Source: a bacterium
Lineage (GTDB): Bacteria; Patescibacteriota; Saccharimonadia; Saccharimonadales; UBA4665
Reading direction: 5' to 3'
DNA length: 64,000 bases
NCBI GenBank assembly: GCA_021777375.1
Contig: JAJYDV010000001.1
Span: 11,347 to 75,346, forward strand
Under the pieces are notes generated by a model. That model was not told the origin of the DNA. It did no database searches and saw nothing but the letters and a program-made list of their open reading frames with translations. Shown here piece after piece: positions 58,651-64,000 of this stretch; the first letter of the stretch is position 1; the number at the start of each line of letters is the position of its first letter. Made by a program: the position numbers and the translations under genes.

Positions 58651-59724
58651 TTAGCTAGCTAAAGCAGAATCCTGCTCCGCATCAGTCAATACATAGGTTG
58701 CTTTAGCTACCCGGCGGAATTGAGGTTTGCCTTGTAGATTCAAAAGAATAGTGGTTTCTTTAACAAAACGGCTTTTAAGTACTCTTTTTACGATCTCATC
58801 ACGGTGAAGAGGCTGGTTAGCTTCTTTCAAAACCTCTTGAATTATATCTGCCACAGTACCTTTCTTATAGCCCCATTCTTTTAGAGCGTAAATACCGCGG
58901 CCGATTAATACGAATCTCTTGTCTTTGATTAGTTCGTTATGAATTGCTTGGGTAGTAACATTATTCCGCTTAAAATCGCTGTCTTTGATTGCGGCTGCAA
59001 TTTCGTTGAAGTGCATATGTCGAGCGTTTTGTTTAAGAATAACGTAAATCTTATCCCGAATATTTTTAGGGTTTACTAAAGGCCACTTAATTAGTCCCCA
59101 TTGACCATTTAAAGTGGCTAAGTGCTTAGAGACGCTAGCTAAAGCTTCTGCCTGTTCCTTATTGTCTATGGCAGCTTGTTTTGCTATATCAGAAATTGAT
59201 CTCGGGGCTCCAAGTTTAGTTACTAAATCGACAATTTGAGTTACCGTAGATTTGAGAGACTTTTCTGTAAATAGCTTACTGTTAACCACACTGGCAAAAT
59301 AATTATCGTCATCGCCAATTAATATTAAGTTGGGACAGAGATTACAAAGAAATGCTACTCGTGATTGTTCATTACGATCGCTTCCTTCTACAAGCTTGTT
59401 AGCTAAATAGCTAACCCGCATGACGCTACCACTACTCTGCAAAAGTGATAAAACTTCAGTTTCAAAATTATCAATGCCCTTTAATGAGTGGCTCTCCCCT
59501 GCTAACTGAAGTTTACCCATTACGCTTTTTTCTAGTTGGCGAACGCGCTCGCGTGTAATACCGAGCAATTCACCAATTTGCTCTAATGTTTCTTTGCGCT
59601 CAAATAGACCGAAACGACGAGAAATAATTTCTCTCTCCCTTTCACGGTCTATTGAACCTAGAACAGCGTTTACAAGTTCCTTGGTTGAGATAGCATGCTG
59701 AGTAGTGTTATTGCTTTTCATCAC
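58651..59724 (-). CDS. Sigma-70 region-4-like HTH protein with repeated HARE-HTH-like winged-helix modules
   Basis: N-terminal ISRRFGL..TLEQIGELLGITRERVRQLEKSVMGKL (region 4.2-like). Then three segments of the type HMHFNEIAAAI..DKRFVLIGRGIYALKEWGY. No sigma region 2. Confidence 0.6.
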   Translation of the reverse strand: MMKSNNTTQHAISTKELVNAVLGSIDREREREIISRRFGLFERKETLEQIGELLGITRERVRQLEKSVMGKLQLAGESHSLKGIDNFETEVLSLLQSSGSVMRVSYLANKLVEGSDRNEQSRVAFLCNLCPNLILIGDDDNYFASVVNSKLFTEKSLKSTVTQIVDLVTKLGAPRSISDIAKQAAIDNKEQAEALASVSKHLATLNGQWGLIKWPLVNPKNIRDKIYVILKQNARHMHFNEIAAAIKDSDFKRNNVTTQAIHNELIKDKRFVLIGRGIYALKEWGYKKGTVADIIQEVLKEANQPLHRDEIVKRVLKSRFVKETTILLNLQGKPQFRRVAKATYVLTDAEQDSALAS

Positions 59725-59878
59725 TTTAAGTATCGTTATTGACTGCTAATATTATATAACTAATATTACTAAAAGTCAAAATTACCTCTTTCTTGTCTTA
59801 TTGTAGCACAATAATGACTATAATGCGTAGACCATGTTCTAAAAGCTTGTCATATAACAGATTTGCATCAGTGGAAAA

Positions 59879-62158
59879 CTACTTGGATTTTTTAAATCGG
59901 CGGTGTTTAGTGGGAGTTTTTGCTAGCAAATCTTCAGCTTCTTTTTGGGTAATTTTCGTCGGATCCTGCTCTTTAGCTATACGAACATTACGCTTGCCGT
60001 TAGTAATATAAGGGCCATAAGGGCCTTTTAGGATTTTTATCCCCTTCTCCAGCACTTTTAGCTGTTTATTTGCATCTGTATTTAGTTTATCTGTATATAG
60101 TTTTTTGGCCTCTACTTCGCTAATTTGATGCGGATCATAACCCTTGATAGATACGAAAACAGAGCCAACTTTAATATATGGACCAAACCGCCCAATATTT
60201 GCTAGGATATCTTCTCCGGCATCAGTTTTGCCAACCAGTCTGGGCAGCTTAAACATTTCTAAAGCTTCTGTTAATTCAACATTATCCAAAGTTTTACCGG
60301 CTGGTAGGGGTGCAAATTCAGGCTTTATATCACCGCTTGTCTCTCCACGTTGCAACATCGGTCCATATCTTCCGAATCGAGCGTAGATCGGTATATTACT
60401 GTTTGGATCTTGTCCCAGTAATCTTGCCTGGGATACTTCGTGTCGCGAAACATCTTGGGTCTGTTCGACTAGTGGATGAAAGTCTTTGTAAAAATTGCCT
60501 ATCATCTTGCTCCAGGGCAGTTTACCACCGGCAATCTCGTCAAAGTGAGCCTCGACGCTAGCCGTAAATGCGTAATCAACTATCGATGGGAAGTATTTAG
60601 TAAGAAAGTCTGTAGTGACTTCCGCAATCGCTGTCGGGATCAACTTATTCTTATCAGCACCGACATTTTCTTTTTCTTCGGAAATTTCAATTTTCTGATT
60701 TATAAAGCGAATTAATTTTAGAGAGCGTTCTTCACCTTCGAGATCAGTTTTCTCAACATAACCACGGCTTTGGATGGTTGAAATAGTTGGAGCATAGGTG
60801 CTAGGGCGGCCAATCCCAAGTTCTTCAAGTTTCCGAACTAAACTGGCCTCTGAGTAGCGTGCTGGACCCCTGCTAAATTGCTGTTTAGCTTCTACCTCTC
60901 TAAGTTTTAGTTCATTCCCGATCTTCAGTTTCGGCAAGATAACATCTTCTTTCGTTCCTCCCCAGACGCGCATAAAGCCGTCAAAAATTAAGCTCTCACC
61001 CTTTGCTATAAACAGCTCGCTCTGATTGGATATAGAGATCTGCATCTCGCTGCGGTTAATTTTAGCTTCAGCCATTTGTGAAGCTACCGTTCGTTTCCAA
61101 ATCAAATCATAAAGTTTTTGTTCCGCTGAGTCTCCTGCTATGCTGCGGGCGTTTACGTCTGTCGGCCTGATGGCCTCATGTGCTTCTTGGGCGCTGGCGA
61201 CTCTGGTCTTAAATTGGCGAACATGCTGATATTCCTCACCATATTCTTTCTTAATAAAATCGCCAATTGATGCAATTGCAAGTGATGATAACAGCGTGGA
61301 GTCAGTTCTCATATAGGTGATTTTTCCAGCTTCATATAGATGCTGGGCGACAGTCATAGTCTGGCGTACTGAAAATCCTAAACGTCGCGATGCTTCTTGC
61401 TGGAGAGTACTGGTAATAAATGGGGCCCCAGGGCTGCGATGGCTGGGTTTAGTGCTTAAGTCACTTAATTTAAAGCTTGCCTCTGCGGTTTTTTTAATCC
61501 ACGCTTCGGCAATATCTGGATCTAAAAGTTGAGTATTTAATTGCGCAGGAATCTCACTTTGCCCATGAACAAAAACAGCTGTAACTTTAAAATTTGGTAT
61601 CGGTTCAAAGCTTCGTATCTCTCTTTCCCGCTCGACAATTAGGCGCACGGCTACGGATTGAACGCGACCGGCGCTCAGCCCGGGTCGAACTTTCTTCCAT
61701 AACAGGGGGCTTAGTTCATAGCCAACTAAGCGATCTAGTACCCTTCTAGCCTGCTGGGCATCCACTAAATGTAGGTCGATTGTGCGCGGGCTCTTAACAG
61801 CCTCCTCGATTGCTGGTTTTGTTATTTCATGAAAAACAATTCGTTTTGTCTGAGCTGGGTCTAAAGATAGAGCTTGTGCTAGGTGCCAGGCAATAGCTTC
61901 TCCTTCACGGTCTTCATCGCTAGCTAGTAGCACTTGATGCTTTAGCGCCAGTTGCTTGAGCTCTTTCACTATCTTCTTTTTATCTAAGCTTATCTCATAC
62001 CTTGGCGCATAACCATGCTCGATATCTATATTCAGGCCTTTTTTAGGAAGATCGCGAATATGACCGAAGCTGCTTTTAACAATATAGTCACTTCCTAAAA
62101 AACGTTCTATAGTTTTAGCTTTAGCCGGGCTTTCAACAATTACTAGGTTTTTTGGCAT
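59879..62158 (-). CDS. topA: DNA topoisomerase I (Cys-less C-terminal repeats)
   Basis: TOPRIM N-terminus LVIVESPAKAKTI and active-site Tyr in ITYMRTDS. The C-terminal repeats contain GRYGP/GRFGPY/GPYGPY in place of zinc ribbons. Confidence 0.95.
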   Translation of the reverse strand: MPKNLVIVESPAKAKTIERFLGSDYIVKSSFGHIRDLPKKGLNIDIEHGYAPRYEISLDKKKIVKELKQLALKHQVLLASDEDREGEAIAWHLAQALSLDPAQTKRIVFHEITKPAIEEAVKSPRTIDLHLVDAQQARRVLDRLVGYELSPLLWKKVRPGLSAGRVQSVAVRLIVEREREIRSFEPIPNFKVTAVFVHGQSEIPAQLNTQLLDPDIAEAWIKKTAEASFKLSDLSTKPSHRSPGAPFITSTLQQEASRRLGFSVRQTMTVAQHLYEAGKITYMRTDSTLLSSLAIASIGDFIKKEYGEEYQHVRQFKTRVASAQEAHEAIRPTDVNARSIAGDSAEQKLYDLIWKRTVASQMAEAKINRSEMQISISNQSELFIAKGESLIFDGFMRVWGGTKEDVILPKLKIGNELKLREVEAKQQFSRGPARYSEASLVRKLEELGIGRPSTYAPTISTIQSRGYVEKTDLEGEERSLKLIRFINQKIEISEEKENVGADKNKLIPTAIAEVTTDFLTKYFPSIVDYAFTASVEAHFDEIAGGKLPWSKMIGNFYKDFHPLVEQTQDVSRHEVSQARLLGQDPNSNIPIYARFGRYGPMLQRGETSGDIKPEFAPLPAGKTLDNVELTEALEMFKLPRLVGKTDAGEDILANIGRFGPYIKVGSVFVSIKGYDPHQISEVEAKKLYTDKLNTDANKQLKVLEKGIKILKGPYGPYITNGKRNVRIAKEQDPTKITQKEAEDLLAKTPTKHRRFKKSK

Positions 62159-62235
62159 TACTTAATCTTACGCAATAGCAGCATAAGTATGCAATTAATT
62201 AATAAATTTTCTTAAGCTAACTTTAAAATACATCA

Positions 62236-62409
62236 TTAAAATCCAGTATTTCGTGCGACTTGATAACCAATGTATATCCCTGACAAAGAGCCAACTGTGC
62301 TAAGTAGTATGCTCCAGCCGCCAAACCAATTACCATGATCGATTAGTGCTCCTATCCATCCGCCTAGGGATCCAAACACAATGATTGAGACTGAGATTAT
62401 GACCTTCAT
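62236..62409 (-). CDS. Possible 57-aa two-TM membrane protein (below ORF-track cutoff)
   Basis: My hand translation is MKVIISVSIIVFGSLGGWIGALIDHGNWFGGWSILLSTVGSLSGIYIGYQVARNTGF. It is Gly-rich and hydrophobic. No clear SD. Confidence 0.35.
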   Translation of the reverse strand: MKVIISVSIIVFGSLGGWIGALIDHGNWFGGWSILLSTVGSLSGIYIGYQVARNTGF

Positions 62410-62476
62410 TAGGGTAGTTTAGCACAAGCGTTTGCCGACGCGCATTTGCATTATATTAATGATTGTTAAATAACTA

Positions 62477-62505
62477 TTGACATAAGAACATACATTTGCT
62501 AATAT
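62477..62505 (+). promoter_or_regulatory. Near-consensus sigma-70 promoter with no downstream plus-strand CDS
   Basis: TTGACA (62477-62482), 17-nt spacer, TAATAT (62500-62505). Confidence 0.5.
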
Positions 62506-62511
62506 TGCCAT

Positions 62512-62873
62512 TTGTGAGTTTTGGTATTATTTAAAACTCATGCACCTTTATTCAAATCTAAAAATGTTAGATTGCTTTAGAGCTTAGGGACAAAATTATG
62601 TAGTTGTTACCCTCCTCTACAGTATCCCAGAAGCTGCTAATTTATTTAGCGCTTTGTTCTAAAGCAAACTAATCCCTTTAAGTATTATCCCGATCATGTG
62701 CGAGCCTAAATGGTTTTACGGTTTTTCCGTAAAGACGCACGTCTTAATTGATTTAAGTTTGCGTGTTTGTTTCGCTCGGGTGGGCTTGAAGGGCTGGATG
62801 GGGACGATTTCGATCATCCCCAATAACAGACTGACGAGCGGTGCCCACCCCCTCTCGTCGGTCTGTTATTGAT
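62512..62873 (+). ncRNA. Candidate structured non-coding RNA of unknown class
   Basis: Lies between the promoter at 62477 and the 18-bp hairpin at 62821-62871. Contains several nested helices and a possible pseudoknot (details in findings). No ORF on either strand. Confidence 0.3.
62821..62871. terminator. 18-bp hairpin 3 nt past the pth stop, possibly a bidirectional terminator
   Basis: CAATAACAGACTGACGAG, 15-nt loop, CTCGTCGGTCTGTTATTG (one G-T pair). The AT-rich stem base gives TTATTGATTT on plus and TTATTG on minus. Confidence 0.5.
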
Positions 62874-63515
62874 TTAGACTATAAATGATCTAGTTTCGGT
62901 TGGTAGACTTTTGTTATAAATGAATTCGCTTAAAATTGCAGTGCACTCCATTTTCAGGTTATTCAGCTGTTCCTCTTCTTTAGCTTCAAACTTCTGTAAT
63001 ACAAAATCTGCACTATCTATTTTCGGCGGTAACTTGGGACCAATGCCGATTCTTATGCGTCCGTAAGATTCTCCAAGATGTTCGCTTATTGATTTAATGC
63101 CATTATGTCCCGCGTCTTGACCACCAATACGGGTTCTAATCTGGCCAAAGTTAATGTCTAATTCATCATGTATGACAACTAAATGCTCTAATTGGGCCTT
63201 ATAATAGCCTACTACGCTTGCAACAGAATCACCGCTCAGGTTCATGTAGGTAGTCGGCTTAACGGCAATCACTTGGCTTTCTCCGATGCGTCCAGAAGAA
63301 AATAAGCACTTAAGGTCGCTTTTTCCTACCCAGTCACTCATCTCGGTGAACTTTGAAACAAACTGGTCTAAACAGTCAAAACCAATATTATGCCTTGTTC
63401 CTAAGTATTCTTTACCGGGATTTCCTAGACCAACTAGGATCAAAATATTATTTTGCCCGCTAGTGTAGTAAGTTATCGGCATTGAAGCTTGAGGGCGTTT
63501 TTGTAGCCAGGACAT
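62874..63515 (-). CDS. pth: Peptidyl-tRNA hydrolase
   Basis: LILVGLGNPGKEYLGTRHNIGF signature. Start set to ATG 63515, which overlaps the der stop as TAATG and has GGAGGA upstream. Confidence 0.9.
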   Translation of the reverse strand: MSWLQKRPQASMPITYYTSGQNNILILVGLGNPGKEYLGTRHNIGFDCLDQFVSKFTEMSDWVGKSDLKCLFSSGRIGESQVIAVKPTTYMNLSGDSVASVVGYYKAQLEHLVVIHDELDINFGQIRTRIGGQDAGHNGIKSISEHLGESYGRIRIGIGPKLPPKIDSADFVLQKFEAKEEEQLNNLKMECTAILSEFIYNKSLPTETRSFIV

Positions 63516-64000
63516 TAACTTTCCTCCGACTTTGTGACTGTGGCTTTGGCTCTGGAAAGTCTGTTTTCCCGGTTGTCGATAAACCAAATCTGAATCGGAT
63601 TTCCAAAAAAACCGAAATTATCACGTAGTTTGTTCTCTAGATAACGCCTGTAACTCCAATGTATAAAACGCGTCTGAGTACCGAATATTTTAAATGCCGG
63701 AATCGGATTATCCGTTTCCTGTACCATATAGTTCAGCTTTGGCATTCGGTTCTTCAGGCCAGCCGGCGGGTGTTCACGCACCATACGAGTAAGCCAGTTA
63801 TTTAGTTCGTGAGTCGAAACGCTAATATCTCTTGCCTGCTTAATCTTAAGCACTAAGTCAAAAAGCTTAGTAACATTTTGGCCAGTAATTGATGAAGTTA
63901 CAATTAAGGGCGCCCAAGCTACAAACTCAAATTCTGCCGATATTTTCTTAATAAACATATCATACTCAAATCCTTCATCTTGCTCTGACAAAACGTCCCA
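63515..64000 (-). CDS. der: GTPase Der/EngA, C-terminal part (5' end beyond window)
   Basis: KH-like C-terminal domain pattern (..PPAGLKNRMPKLNYMVQ..PAFKIFGT....HWSYRRYLENKLR). The frame is open to the window edge. Confidence 0.8.
   Translation of the reverse strand, partial: WDVLSEQDEGFEYDMFIKKISAEFEFVAWAPLIVTSSITGQNVTKLFDLVLKIKQARDISVSTHELNNWLTRMVREHPPAGLKNRMPKLNYMVQETDNPIPAFKIFGTQTRFIHWSYRRYLENKLRDNFGFFGNPIQIWFIDNRENRLSRAKATVTKSEES

Noticed and set aside
63516-63587. Pth N-terminal extension overlapping der by 72 nt.
   Set aside because: The internal ATG at 63515 forms a TAATG stop-start overlap with der and has a GGAGGA SD. The Pth signature begins shortly after it.
1-64000. Alternative genetic code (UGA recoded), as in some CPR lineages.
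   Set aside because: RF2 is present and intact, and several well-conserved proteins (frr, proS, the zincin ORF) terminate at TGA at their expected lengths. The standard code fits.
1-64000. CRISPR arrays, IS elements, integrases, prophage or toxin-antitoxin modules.
   Set aside because: I noticed no spaced direct-repeat arrays, no transposase/integrase-like ORFs and no long terminal inverted repeats. The only tandem repeat found is the 21-bp in-frame duplication at 34594-34635.

Overview
Gene-dense window (about 90% coding, mostly plus strand) of core housekeeping genes from a small-genome, AT-leaning bacterium. It uses the standard genetic code: RF1 and RF2 are both present, and full-length homologs end at TGA. 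Gene content and stripped-down operons suggest a CPR/Patescibacteria, Saccharibacteria-like organism (inference only). Recognisable content: class II RNR, ileS behind a T-box-like leader, rplU, parAB, lepB, htrA, prmC-prfA-rpmE, rpsB-tsf-frr-rseP-proS, greA, lysS, serS, hpf, secA, prfB, ftsEX with a PcsB-like CHAP hydrolase and ctpA, pyrG, rpmA, xseAB, recO, glyQS, a reduced dcw cluster (mraZ-rsmH-ftsL-ftsI-mraY-ftsW-murG-ftsQ), topA, pth and der. I found no tRNA, rRNA, CRISPR array, transposase or integrase. Most interesting items: (1) a SipW-type signal peptidase plus TasA-like secreted protein inserted between hpf and secA, with the peptidase carrying a copy of its substrate's signal/cleavage motif at its own C-terminus; (2) a degenerate two-component pair with Glu at both phospho-sites; (3) a promoter-to-terminator structured non-coding locus next to pth; (4) a 720-bp ORF-free spacer at a plus-to-minus strand switch where ftsA-ftsZ normally sit; (5) a textbook MraZ operator; (6) a shared CTGTGGATAACT motif in large intergenic regions.
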